Virus record (IMG/VR): IMGVR_UViG_3300028833_000003
Strand: one strand, 5' to 3'
Origin: a virus
DNA length: 64,000 nucleotides
How positions within the stretch are numbered: position 1 is the first letter of the stretch; each line of letters opens with the position of its first letter. The translations under genes and the position numbers were made by a program. Of this stretch, positions 23,766-34,351 are shown piece after piece. The notes beneath the pieces are model-generated. The model was not told the DNA's origin, did no database searches, and worked only from the letters and a program-made list of their open reading frames with translations.

Positions 23766-25103
23766 TTACATATTTTTGGCGGTTTCGCGCACGGCCTTAA
23801 TCCAGGCAGGAGCGTTATCTGACTCGCCCGTTTCATCTAAATTGAAAGTGAAGTCTTTTTCAGGCTTCTTTTCAGTATCAAGGTCGAAACTTACCTTGTT
23901 ACGAACACAAAGAATACATAATTTAGCTTCAATATCGTCCAAAGAATATTCATCAATCTTTGAAACTACATCAGCCTTATCGGCATCTGTAAGCATATAG
24001 AAACTATCAATCATGTCTTGCTTAGCCTTGCGATCGGCATCAGCCTTGAACTTGCGCAATGGCTCAAGTTCAGCAGTAAGAGAATTTACCTGCTCTTGAA
24101 GAGAAGCGAACTGTGATTGAAGATCCTTGTAAAGTTCAGACTCAGTAATCTCTTCATCAGAAAGAGAATGCTTGGTCTTTTTCTTCTTTTTATCTTCGTC
24201 TTCATCATCTTCTGGTTCAGACTTGTCATCCTCACCATCGCCTTTATCAGATGCGGGCTTGTCTTCTTCCTTCTTCTTTTCATCAGAAGGATCTTCGCCT
24301 TTATCTTCTGGCTTGTCCTCGTTTTCTTCCTCGTCCTTGGGCTTCTTCTTAAATTCAGTATCATCGTCCAAGGGGAGGTTCTCTTCAACAGGAGGATTTA
24401 ATTTTTCATTCTCATTGTCCATGTGAGCATTTCCTCCTTTTTCCAGCATTGCTTTAATTTCCCCGACCATAGCATACATTGTCTGCTTAAAGTCATCATC
24501 TAGGGAGAATGTTGCAGCAATTCCGGCGCCTTCAAAGCAAGGTTCGCAATCCTCACCGAGAATGCAAAGTTTGGAAATTACTGCCTCATTGATTATAAAA
24601 AATTCAGGCCATCCATTATCGTCAAATGACCAATCTCCGTTAGTAAGACTTTCATCTAACTCCATTGATTGATTATTCCCATTTGTTAAAATACGCTTAG
24701 ATTCTGGATATGCCCCAGTCCAAATCCACCCTTCGGTCATTAGATACTCATGATCTACGCCATCATCAGTGAATGTTTGAAACCATACTTTTGCGTTCAT
24801 ATCTACAAATCCATAAGGACGTGTAGTATCAACAATTCTTATGCCATCGCCACGAATTTCTAAGTTCTTATTATGCTGCTCAAAATCATCTTTGTTTTCA
24901 TTATAAAAACCAACGATTGGGCAGCCCGGCAAAGACTTAGCCATTTCAGTCGCAACAGCCTTGGTGATAACACTACCATTGCGGTTAGGTTCATCACCCA
25001 CATAACATACTTTAATTTCACAATGTGAAATTAAAGGATTAACGGGAGTAAAATTCAATAATGAAATTGTATTTTCCCGCGGTATGCTTATATGACGAGC
25101 CAT
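23766..25103 (-). CDS. prohead protease/scaffold-type fusion protein (445 aa), TAG-free
   Basis: ATG 25103 behind AAGGAGGGAG. The N-terminal ~200 aa globular domain resembles XkdF-type phage proteins (recall). It is followed by a long D/E/K-rich linker and a coiled-coil C-terminus typical of scaffolds. Sits directly after portal. Confidence 0.55.
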   Translation of the reverse strand: MARHISIPRENTISLLNFTPVNPLISHCEIKVCYVGDEPNRNGSVITKAVATEMAKSLPGCPIVGFYNENKDDFEQHNKNLEIRGDGIRIVDTTRPYGFVDMNAKVWFQTFTDDGVDHEYLMTEGWIWTGAYPESKRILTNGNNQSMELDESLTNGDWSFDDNGWPEFFIINEAVISKLCILGEDCEPCFEGAGIAATFSLDDDFKQTMYAMVGEIKAMLEKGGNAHMDNENEKLNPPVEENLPLDDDTEFKKKPKDEEENEDKPEDKGEDPSDEKKKEEDKPASDKGDGEDDKSEPEDDEDEDKKKKKTKHSLSDEEITESELYKDLQSQFASLQEQVNSLTAELEPLRKFKADADRKAKQDMIDSFYMLTDADKADVVSKIDEYSLDDIEAKLCILCVRNKVSFDLDTEKKPEKDFTFNLDETGESDNAPAWIKAVRETAKNM

Positions 25104-25115
25104 TTTACTCCCTCC

Positions 25116-26717
25116 TTAACCTTGTGAATTCTTATTAGCGATAGTTTTATCTGATTTTTCACTATCAGCTTTTTCTGGTCGCCCACCTGTATTACTATCA
25201 GATTTGGCCGTTTTACTCTAACTTACTTCGCCCGCAGTTTTACCACTAGAACCAACTGCTTTACCAGACATAGTAGAAGACATCATTGGCGGTATCATAA
25301 TATCAGACAAATGAAGTATCTCATTCTCGAAATGAGCAGTAGCTAAAATAGAACTCTGCCGTTGTCCCATAGCAACAAGAGGTAACATTTTAGAATAACC
25401 AATCTGCACTAATTCTTTATAGAATTTCGCAACTTCTTGGTAATTATAAATGGTAGTTTCTAACATATAGCTGCGGAAACTATACCGTTTATTTGGGGGA
25501 CACTTTTTAGTTATCATTTTATTAAGGAAGGCTTCATACTGTAACAATAAGTTACGCATAGTGGCTTCATCGTTTAAAATAGATGATTGCAAAGCGATGT
25601 TTCCATCACTATTGAATAAATTTTGTGAAACACCAAATTCATTATAGACTTGTCTCTCAATCTTCTCCAAACCATCCGCCGCGGCAGCAGTGCTATTTGA
25701 GTCAGCCATATCTGCAACATCAACGTCCGCAAAGGTAGTTAATACATCAACACCGACCGCACGTTTTAACATACTAACTGCATTATTATGAATATCACGT
25801 GCTTCATCAACGTCGAATATTAAATCACCATTTTTATCAAGAGGCAATTTCTAAATCAATACTTTTAATAACTATTGCATGGTCTTACGACGGTCTAAAT
25901 CCTGCGCCTAGTCTAAATCAATTAATGTAGGAATAGAATTAACCAAAATTGGCATATCCGACCCATTTAAATTAAATTTAAACGCGGCAGCTGTATCCAA
26001 CAAATACCAACCTTCACTATCACCAATGCCATCGCCCATTAGCTTATGCCGCTTATATAATAAATATCCTTCTTGGAAATCTTCTGGGAACATTTTCAAA
26101 ATCTTCATACGATAAACCGCATCAGGAAATTTATCATCAAAGAAGCGCATATTAAATTCAATAGCCGGCATCCCAGCTTTAAAATAGCGACTGCGGCAAT
26201 AATCAGTTGGTAGCTCTTGAATTGTCATACAGTCTTTGGTATCAACCCAATAACCATAATAACAACCATCTCGAATAACCTTTAATGCAATATCGCCAAA
26301 TACTTTTTTGAGATTAGAATTATCTAAATAAGTAAGTATTCGCGCAAATTCTGTCAGCACTTTATCTTCTTTTAATTTATCATCTTCGATAATATATGGC
26401 GTAACATAATAATCATAACGATAAAGGAAGGCGAAGTATTTACATAAACGTTCATAAATACCAGATATATCATAGAAATATTGTGATACTAAACGTTGAG
26501 TTGCATAATCTTTTTGCGCGAGTGCTTTTAAAATAAAATTCTTATCTGCATAAGTACGATTGTTTTTCTTTAATGAGCCAAGGTCCAATATAGCATCTTC
26601 CAAATTTTGTAAGCCGACTTTAATTTTACGGAAGTCTATACTGTCATAATGAGGTGCGACAACTGGCTCAGACATAGAAAATCCTTTGGCTTTAATTTCA
26701 TCCTAATTTCTTGGCAA
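25116..26717 (-). CDS. portal protein (about 533 aa), contains TAG sense codons
   Basis: Fragments 25908..26675 and 25218..25847 are in the same frame, joined by TAG-only gaps; TTG 26717 lies 8 nt after GGAGG (alternative ATG 26675); ends TAA 25116; size and position after terminase. Confidence 0.7.
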
Positions 26718-26730
26718 TCATCTCACCTCC

Positions 26731-27087
26731 TTAGTATCCAGCTTTTTTCATAATATAATCATAACTTAACAAATGTTCTTCTGTATAAGGAATTTCTATT
26801 AATTTATATCCATTCAAAGCACAAAAACGTCGTTTTAAATTATCATTATACTACTGTTGGAAAAATCCTTTTTTACCACCATATTTGGCAGAAGGCTAAT
26901 AATGCTATTTTCCTTGATACTCTATTAAAAAATCTATTTCTCCATCATCATCAAATACACAAAAATCAAATTTTAATGGTCTTCCACTTGTACTTACTAA
27001 TCCTGCAAATTGCTGCTCCATAGTAAAATTAGCATCAGCTGCTTCTAGGATTTCGCGGATAGTAATTTCTCCTCTACTTGCATTCAT
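26731..27087 (-). CDS. small PD-(D/E)XK-type endonuclease-like protein (118 aa), contains TAG sense codons
   Basis: ATG 27087; three in-frame TAG; read as Gln gives FDFCVFDDDGEIDFLIEYQGKQHYQPSAKYGG...LIEIPY, a pattern I recall from small endonuclease-like proteins; ends TAA 26731. Confidence 0.55.
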
Positions 27088-27091
27088 ATCT

Positions 27092-28828
27092 TTAACTCCC
27101 CTCAGTAAAAAACATCATATCACTAAGTCGCCCACGCTTACGTTTTTTACTATCCTCTTCCTACTTAATGTAGTATAATCCGTATTCAAATGCTGAAAAC
27201 TTATCCTTGCGGATAGTATTATTTGCACGCTTTAAAATGATATTAACACCTTCATTTTCTTCGCGCAAATTCATCATTTCTTCTTTCAATATGGAAGTCA
27301 AAGTAAATGGTTTAAGATATTCTGCCCTTTCTTCGGGTTTCATCTCTTGTCCGCGTTTTGTTCCCATTAATTTATTTTTAGCAGCTCGCTCACTAATTAA
27401 CATTTTTACACGCCCTGATGATAACTGAGTTTGTGCATTTGCGTGAGCCTCAGTGTTAATAGGCGCATTTGCTTTAATTAAATAAAGTGCATCATACTCG
27501 CAATTATTAGTTTGATACTTTTTATAATAATTATCTTCATCATTATAAACACCAAAATCTGGGTATGTATCATTTGTGTCTGGATCTACTTGACCTTTAA
27601 TCATATAATCGACTAGACCAATACCCAAACCGTTAGCATCAATTACTATACGCTTAGCTTTAAATTTATAATATAATTTCTTTAAATAAATTGCCTAATC
27701 TTCAAAGTGTTCATCTGACATTGTAAAAATATTTACTAATGTTTTAATAGATGCGCCAGCACTTTGCGGCGTTACTTTAAATACACAAACAACAGAATCA
27801 CAACCTTTGCGGCCAACATCAACAGAGAGTACATAATATGCTGTACTACGAGAACGTCCAGAATACTCATACTCTGGCTAATTTAATTTACGATTACGTT
27901 CAAATTGTTCGCTATTGAAGAAAGCATCTTCAACTGTGCCAGACCATTTAGACTCATACTCTCTATCAAAAGATGACTCATTAAATGTACCATCCATTTT
28001 TAAGTCTTTAATAAATGACTTAGAAAGCAAGCCCATGATAACTGGGATGCGCCAGGTTCCGCCCATAATAAATGCTTTATCTGGGTCGATAATCTATTGT
28101 ACCAATAGCGTCATCAACTTATCGTAAGCAAATGTATTCTTCCATCCTGCTGTTGTAATATATAATTGTGATTTATTTAAAGTTTCCTCTTCGCGCACCT
28201 CGCCGCTAGCGCAACGTCGCGCAACGTTCATTGTAGGAATTATAACTTCGTTTAAGATTGTACCATCAACACCAACGCACTCTTCAACAACACCGGCATG
28301 ACGACGCTTACCACGCGAGGTATCTCTTGCCGCAATATTGTCAAACCAAGAGCCATTGTAAAAAACGTATTTACAGTAGTCTTTGCCTTCCATTGTTTTT
28401 CCTCGGCGGAAATCAATTTCGTGCGCGAAAGCTGGTATTAATGTACAAATTTCAGAAACTTTTTCTTTCATAATGCCGCTGGCCTGCTCTTTACCGCCAG
28501 AGGTAACGAATAAATGCGCACCTGGGTACAAGATACAACGAATAATAAGTATCATAACGGCTAAGAATGATTTAGAATAAGCACGAGGGAATACTGCATA
28601 CACGTATTTTTTACGCATCGCCGCACGCATGAACACTCTTTGGTAATAAAATAACTAAAAATTATTAGGATTACCAAATTGTAGCATAAAATCTACAAAT
28701 AAATCTGGGTATTCACGCCAAAAAGCAACATATTGGCGCGCGATGGGTATAATAGCCCTTACGCGCTCCTCAGATAATCCTATTTTATTTAAATCATTGC
28801 GCAAATTGAGTAAATCACTTAATGCCAT
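27092..28828 (-). CDS. terL: terminase large subunit (578 aa), contains TAG sense codons
   Basis: ATG 28828 behind GAGGTGG. Fragments 28094..28636, 27878..28066 and 27161..27628 are in one frame, joined by TAG. ATPase part (PRAYSKSF..., ITTAGWKN) is followed by an RNaseH-like nuclease part (YVLSVDVGRKG, IVIDANGLGIGLVD). Ends TAA 27092. Confidence 0.85.
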
Positions 28829-28839
28829 TAGACCACCTC

Positions 28840-30009
28840 TTATTCATCTGTAAGAGATTGCATCCACTCTGCATCCTCTTCCTCTTGTTCTTCAAGGAAG
28901 TCGAAGTGATTTTCAAAATCTTCGTCCTTTAATTCTTCCAAATCTTCAATATCAAGTTCTTCATCGTCATCATCATCAGTCGTTAAGTCGGCTTCATTAG
29001 CATTAGATTTCTAAATTTCAATAATAGCCTGCTCAATACGGTCGCCTAAGTGCATCTCTTCGCGCACCAAGGTATCTGTATATTTTTGCATGTCCTTTAA
29101 TGTTTCATCAACGTGGTCTTTTGGACTATCAACATAATATTTTGGAATAAAACCTTCCTGCTCGCAAATACGCACAAGCTCACCGACCGCATTTACATAC
29201 TCGCCATTTTCATTTTTATTTTGCGCAGCAGTAAATTTAGCGGATTTCATTAACATGTCGTAGGTGCGCATTAGCTTTTGGAAGCCTTCAACATCGCCTA
29301 AGTCCAAAAGCTGATGCCCTTTAAGAGAGGTTTTACAAATAAACTTTAATTGGTCGATGTGCGCTGGTGTCTAAATGTCGAACGCTTCCATCATATCAGA
29401 GTAGAATTGTTCTAACTACACCCACTCATGTGGTCGATATGTTTTACCCCATTTAATAGATAGATATTTCTTATCTTCTTCTGTTAAATCATCCTAAAAA
29501 TCATCTGGTGTTAATAAATCAATTGGGGCTGGCGCAGCTTCTTCTTGTTTCGCCTACGGGTTGGCCCACTCAGGCTTCTCAGGCTTAAAATCTTTTTTAA
29601 GTTCATCGTCGATTTGTAATCCATCATAGCCCTATTCTTTCATGGCCGCAATTTTTTGCTATTCCAGTTCGGCCTAAATCCTCTCAGTATCCGCCCAACG
29701 ATAATCCTTAAATTGTTTGAGTTTCATCTTGGACAAATAACGGCCCAAAATTGTAACACCGGTTACTTTATTGCGGTCTTTGCCATATTTTTCTAGTAGT
29801 GAGTTCCACTCTTGCGGGATATATGGAACGTCGCATTCTTCTAATATCCATAAGTAAGTCTATGGATCCCAGTTATCAACATGTCGTGTAATACACTTTT
29901 TACACTCAAAAAGCTTACCATCTTTCGGGTATTTATCTAAACGGTATGATTGATAAAACTAATTGCCGTCCATGGTGCGGCCGCACGTTTTGCAATAATA
30001 ATCTGCCAT
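28840..30009 (-). CDS. packaging-associated protein, possibly terminase small subunit (389 aa), contains TAG sense codons
   Basis: ATG 30009; N-terminal CxxC...CxxC zinc ribbon and very acidic C-terminus; 13 in-frame TAG, no TAA/TGA; ends TAA 28840, 11 nt before the terL start. Confidence 0.55.
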
Positions 30010-30011
30010 AA

Positions 30012-31082
30012 TTAAGTCGCCTTCTTTCGGTTCTTAGCGTTGCGGCACTCCTTGCAGATAGAATACCATCCATCTTTTGAAGTGTTATTTACCGAAAAAT
30101 AACGTTGATGTGCTAACTTAATTTGCCCACAGCGACTACACCGCTTCCACTTGCCCTTTTCCACGAACGTATAGTGCCACATCAAAAATTCATCTTGGGC
30201 GTATTGCGCGATGAGTTTAGGGATTTTATTGCGCCATAAAGACGAGATATATTCAACTGAGTGGGTGGTGCCGAATTCTTTTTCTAGTTGCGCCTTAATT
30301 TCTTCATTGGAGAAGTAAGACATTTTACATTCAGCGATGCGGCGATACATAGGAAATTTATCAAGAGCCGCCGCATAATAGCGGTCGAAATCCTAGATGG
30401 TCGCCCACAGGTCAGTTTGCATATGATCCCAAACTTTATCTTTAATTTTGTGATAGTTGCACATAATTGCGGAAATAACTTTGTAGTCACATAAAGAAAT
30501 ACCGCTCCAGCGCACCCCTTTTGTCTAAGGGTCAATCCACTCATCAAAGGGCAGCGTAATTGGGAACCGAGTGCCACTATTCACATTCGTAAATTTAATG
30601 GGCGTCTTGTATGCGTTTTTGATTAAATACTAATCTTTCCGCATCTCGATCAATGTGCGCTTAATGATGTAAGCGTCACGCCCAGTTGCGACTTTCTACT
30701 TGGCTTCCCAGCGCTTTATTCCTTCTCTAAGTTCGCGCAAGAACGGTATTGTATCTACGTCTTCCTGAGTTATCATTACTTTTGGTTGAAAAATTACATT
30801 TTTATTATTTTCTACTAATAAATTATATACACCATCTTCGCCGTTCTCAAATTGCCCGACCAACCCCTCAAATGAGGTTTCGCGTTTAGTTATAGTTGCC
30901 ATGCGGTTCTCGGTGAGGAGGCGGCGCTATTTGCGTTCTTCTTTTTCCATACAGAGAACTAGGTAATCGGCCAATGCTTCAAGATACTGCGGAGTTGGGT
31001 CTTCCACTTCGGAGAGTATCTATTCAACTAATTTTAAACGCTCTTCTGGAGCTTCAATAGTATAGTCTAATTTTGTTGCCAT
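30012..31082 (-). CDS. first gene of the late operon: putative DNA-binding protein with HTH-like segment and C-terminal zinc ribbon (356 aa), contains TAG sense codons
   Basis: ATG 31082 8 nt after AAGGAG. Fragments 30696..30902 and 30012..30350 are in the same frame, joined by TAGs. C-terminus reads CSRCGQ...CKEC. Product speculative (regulator or small terminase). Confidence 0.6.
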
Positions 31083-31107
31083 CCTATCAAACTCCTTTCA
31101 TAGCTAC

Positions 31108-31136
31108 ATTATAGCAAAAATTTTTTGTAAAGTCAA
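31108..31136 (-). promoter_or_regulatory. sigma-A type promoter of the leftward late operon
   Basis: On the minus strand TTGACT-17 nt-TATAAT, about 25 nt upstream of the RBS of 30012..31082; divergent from the plus-strand promoter at 31145. Confidence 0.7.
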
Positions 31137-31185
31137 GTCCAGTATTGACAGAACAAAAAAAATATGTTAAAATAATATAAAGGAG

Positions 31186-31467
31186 ATGATAGCATTGGTT
31201 TGGTTATTTGTAATAATTGTCGCGCTGTTACTGCCGATTTGGTATAATACAATTCCTATACCGGATATGAATGAAGTGAATGTTGTATGGCATCAAAAAT
31301 ATATAGGCTGGACATGGTGCGACAAGGATAAAAATGAACACCGCATTGGCCGATTGACTGCGTGGAAAATGTTATTAGATTATCCTGCTCGTTTGGTTGT
31401 ATATACTTGGAACACAGACGATGATGATGAAGAAGATGAGGATGATAGGAATACTATTGAATTATAA
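31186..31467 (+). CDS. small membrane protein with acidic tail (93 aa)
   Basis: Promoter at 31145; AAGGAG abuts ATG 31186, so the in-frame TTG 31195 is the more likely start; TM segment then DDDDEEDEDD. Confidence 0.6.
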   Translation: MIALVWLFVIIVALLLPIWYNTIPIPDMNEVNVVWHQKYIGWTWCDKDKNEHRIGRLTAWKMLLDYPARLVVYTWNTDDDDEEDEDDRNTIEL

Positions 31468-31589
31468 GGAATGCTTTTTCTATTGTTTTCCCAAAAATAT
31501 GGGGTGGTAAGAGGTTCCAGGCAAAAAAAATTTTTCACTTTAAAACCAATTAATTCCTGAAACATACGCCCCCCATTTCATTCTCACGC

Positions 31590-31616
31590 CGGCGCGCCAG
31601 CGGCCATGGCGCGCCG
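31590..31616 (+). terminator. GC-rich hairpin (GCGCGC-core class)
   Basis: 9-bp stem CGGCGCGCC/GGCGCGCCG with 9-nt loop; weak U-run. Confidence 0.45.
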
Positions 31617-31851
31617 AGTTTGCCTGTATTTTTACCCCACAAAAAATTAATTGTCTATTGTCGCCTTTCTGGTAAATAGCGACGGTGCCCGAAACTTTGA
31701 CCCCGAGAAAATGTATAAGTAGTGCATACTTATACATTTATTTTGTATATAAAAAAAATTATGATACCCCAGAAAAATTTTTAAAAAAAGTATTGACAAT
31801 AGTAAATTGGTGTGCTATAATAAGTACATCAAGAGAAAGGAGCTAACCGCT

Positions 31852-32181
31852 ATGAAGAACAACGACTGGTGGTCCATCGCGTGCATTATTACATTAGTTA
31901 TCATCACTGTTATTGTGAGCCTGGGTGTGGGCATGTCAATCCAGAAAAGAGACATGGTAAATCGGCTTTACCCCAATGTGGCTTATGTGGTTGAGATAGA
32001 CCGCGCAACAGATACCCTAACAGTGGAAGACTCAATAGGCCATCTGTGGAGCGTGCAAGGTGTAGAAGACTACATACTGGGCGACTTGGTAGGCATGGTC
32101 ATGGACAGTATGGGCACAGACTTAGTGTATGATGATGAAGTGGTCAAGATGCACTATTGTGGAGGATGGAACGAAGTATAA
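31852..32181 (+). CDS. small membrane-anchored protein (109 aa)
   Basis: Promoter -35 at 31793, AAGGAG RBS, ATG 31852 (ORF-track start 31807 lies inside the promoter); N-terminal TM helix. Confidence 0.75.
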   Translation: MKNNDWWSIACIITLVIITVIVSLGVGMSIQKRDMVNRLYPNVAYVVEIDRATDTLTVEDSIGHLWSVQGVEDYILGDLVGMVMDSMGTDLVYDDEVVKMHYCGGWNEV

Positions 32182-32286
32182 TAAAAAAATTTTTAAAAAA
32201 GTATTGACATTAATATTCATTTGTGATATACTTTAATCAAGGTAAGGGAAGTGCTTACCGGAAACAGTTAAGAGGAGGACATTACA

Positions 32287-32493
32287 ATGACAGTTTATCG
32301 CATGTTCGCTACCGAATACAATCATCGCTCCTGTGTCCGCATCTTCAAGCCCGAACAGCTTCCAACTGTTAAGCCCTTCCTGCGTCGGTATTGTGCTGAA
32401 AGCGCACCAAATACCATTGTTGAACTTGTCAAGTATGTCAATGGCAAAGCCGAAAAGTGTGTTTATAAGGTACAGAAACCTGGCAATAAATAA
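32287..32493 (+). CDS. hypothetical early protein (68 aa)
   Basis: Promoter -35 at 32204, GAGGAGG RBS. Confidence 0.7.
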   Translation: MTVYRMFATEYNHRSCVRIFKPEQLPTVKPFLRRYCAESAPNTIVELVKYVNGKAEKCVYKVQKPGNK

Positions 32494-32575
32494 AAAAAAT
32501 TAAAAAAACCTATTGACAAATCCCGAAACCCGTGTTATAATGAGCATGTAAAAAGGAAACAGGGAGGACAAACAA

Positions 32576-32761
32576 ATGACTAACATCTTGACAATCATCT
32601 TCGTCGCTATCATCGCTTTTGAAGTCTTTGCGGTATCACCCTTTGGATTATACTTTGCATCAAAAGATTATGACAATGGCAAGCCGATGCGTGTGTTGAT
32701 TGCGGCGTTTGTCCTTGCCATTCCAGCGATAGTCATTGCAGAAATTTTAGGAATAGCGTAA
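32576..32761 (+). CDS. small two-TM membrane protein (61 aa)
   Basis: Promoter -35 at 32513, GGGAGG RBS; hydrophobic throughout. Confidence 0.7.
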   Translation: MTNILTIIFVAIIAFEVFAVSPFGLYFASKDYDNGKPMRVLIAAFVLAIPAIVIAEILGIA

Positions 32762-32828
32762 AAAAAGTATTGACAAAAAGAACGTTGTGTGTTATAATAA
32801 GACCATCAAGAGAGAGGAGACTAAGACA

Positions 32829-33029
32829 ATGATGTACGAACTGGTTCTCACCTATGACGATGGAGCGATGAAGAAAGAAACTGCCAAACTGCCGAACCTG
32901 ATGAGCGCATTGGGCATCTACATGGAGGACGACAGCTGGTGCTACGCACAGATAACGAACTGCCAGACTGGCGAGGTCATCGCCATCTGGGAGAACAACA
33001 GCGAGTATGGTGTCACAACTGCGGGCTGA
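32829..33029 (+). CDS. hypothetical early protein (66 aa)
   Basis: Promoter -35 at 32770, GAGGAG RBS, ATG 32829. Confidence 0.7.
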   Translation: MMYELVLTYDDGAMKKETAKLPNLMSALGIYMEDDSWCYAQITNCQTGEVIAIWENNSEYGVTTAG

Positions 33030-33048
33030 CCGAAAGGCCAGCCTTTTT
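33024..33048 (+). terminator. intrinsic terminator
   Basis: Stem GGCTGACC/GGCCAGCC (one mismatch), GAAA loop, T5; overlaps the TGA of 32829..33029. Confidence 0.65.
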
Positions 33049-33057
33049 CCTTTCGCC

Positions 33058-33083
33058 GGCGCGCGCACGAACGTTTGCGCGCC
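33058..33083 (+). terminator. GC-rich hairpin (GCGCGC-core class)
   Basis: 7-bp stem GGCGCGC/GCGCGCC, 12-nt loop. Confidence 0.4.
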
Positions 33084-33221
33084 GAATTCGCGCACAACTA
33101 TACCCAGCACAATTCACGCGCCAAAAAGTGCAGAAAAAAAATTGCAAAAAATTTTCCTAAAACTATTGACAAGCTCGGCACGGTATGCTATAATAAGTAC
33201 AACAAAGCAAGGGAGGACACG

Positions 33222-33533
33222 ATGATGATTAACATCCGCACTATCCGCAAGCTGAGCAACAACGATGGGCTGACACTCAAAGCAGGTAAGGCTATCACAT
33301 ACAAAACAGGTTATCAGGTAGCAACAGAAGGCATGGAATGCACCACAGCAGAGCAGGCTATCAAAGCGGTTAAGCAGTACGGCGGAAACTGTGGCGTGTG
33401 GTTCTCTGATGGTGTGTATTACATTGACAAGAGCCACAGAGTAAGCACCAAGCGCGAAGCGCTCACAGTGGGCAAGGCACACAATCAAATCTCTGTGCTT
33501 AAATGGTCTAACATGAGTTTGATTTATTGCTAA
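33222..33533 (+). CDS. hypothetical early protein (103 aa)
   Basis: Promoter -35 at 33166, GGGAGG RBS, ATG 33222. Confidence 0.75.
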   Translation: MMINIRTIRKLSNNDGLTLKAGKAITYKTGYQVATEGMECTTAEQAIKAVKQYGGNCGVWFSDGVYYIDKSHRVSTKREALTVGKAHNQISVLKWSNMSLIYC

Positions 33534-33610
33534 AAAAGTTTTAAAAAGTGCTTGACAACAACAGCCAAACGTGATATAATTAAGCCATCAAAGAGAGGGA
33601 GGACGACACC

Positions 33611-33796
33611 ATGATGAAGCACAGCAGAGAGATGACCGCAGAACAGCACCTGATGATTCTGGAAGAGCGCTATGAGGTCAAGGTCAAGGGCACAACTATT
33701 ATCGTTTATACTGATGAAGATGGAGAGACCACGCAGGTAGTGAAAGATTACATGGTGCATTTTTCGCGCAAGGGTTATAAAATAATTTACAAATAA
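33611..33796 (+). CDS. hypothetical early protein (61 aa)
   Basis: Promoter -35 at 33552, GGGAGG RBS. Confidence 0.7.
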   Translation: MMKHSREMTAEQHLMILEERYEVKVKGTTIIVYTDEDGETTQVVKDYMVHFSRKGYKIIYK

Positions 33797-33858
33797 CCCT
33801 TGACAAATAGAACCAACGGTGCTATAATAGAGACATCAAAAGACAGGGAGGCGAAACG

Positions 33859-34023
33859 ATGGCAAAGCGGTACGTAACTCGGCAGTATCTCTGGAATACA
33901 TTCTACACTTGGGGAGTGTGGGATAAAAAAGAATGTAAATGGATTGTTAATGATAGATTGTACAGAAGAAACGTCATAGAAATCGCTGACAAATTAAACA
34001 AAGAAGAACAAAAAAAGTATTGA
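33859..34023 (+). CDS. hypothetical early protein (54 aa, below ORF-track cutoff)
   Basis: Promoter -35 at 33800, GGGAGG RBS, ATG 33859; its TGA (34021-34023) lies inside the -35 TTGACA of the next cassette. Confidence 0.6.
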   Translation: MAKRYVTRQYLWNTFYTWGVWDKKECKWIVNDRLYRRNVIEIADKLNKEEQKKY

Positions 34024-34077
34024 CAAATAACCGCGCGTATGTTATAATTGAGCCATCAAATGAAGGAGGTCATGCAG

Positions 34078-34287
34078 ATGACTGTTAAGGAACTGATGAA
34101 GAAGCTGGCAAAGATGGATCCTGAAATGAAAGTGTGCTTCCCTGATACTTATGAACAAAACGAAGGTTGGGGCCAATATCCTGAGTATTGCATTGTCGGC
34201 GGTGCCGAAGTGGAAGATGGGCGCGTGATGTTGTGGGCAGGTGAAGACACTGCACGCGAAGAAAAAGATAATGATGAAATCGAATAA
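34078..34287 (+). CDS. hypothetical early protein (69 aa)
   Basis: Promoter -35 at 34020, GAAGGAGG RBS, ATG 34078 at 8-nt spacing. Confidence 0.7.
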   Translation: MTVKELMKKLAKMDPEMKVCFPDTYEQNEGWGQYPEYCIVGGAEVEDGRVMLWAGEDTAREEKDNDEIE

Positions 34288-34351
34288 AAAGTATTGACAA
34301 ATCCTAAAACCCGTGCTATAATAAAAACATCAAATGAAGGGAGCCACAACA

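Noticed and set aside
1-31082. Fragmented late genes as pseudogenes, frameshifted genes or sequencing errors
   Set aside because: All fragments of each gene lie in one frame, so no frameshift is needed. The only interrupting triplet is TAG. TAA and TGA are completely absent from thousands of codons of AT-rich sequence. Decay or indel errors would scatter all three stops and change frames.
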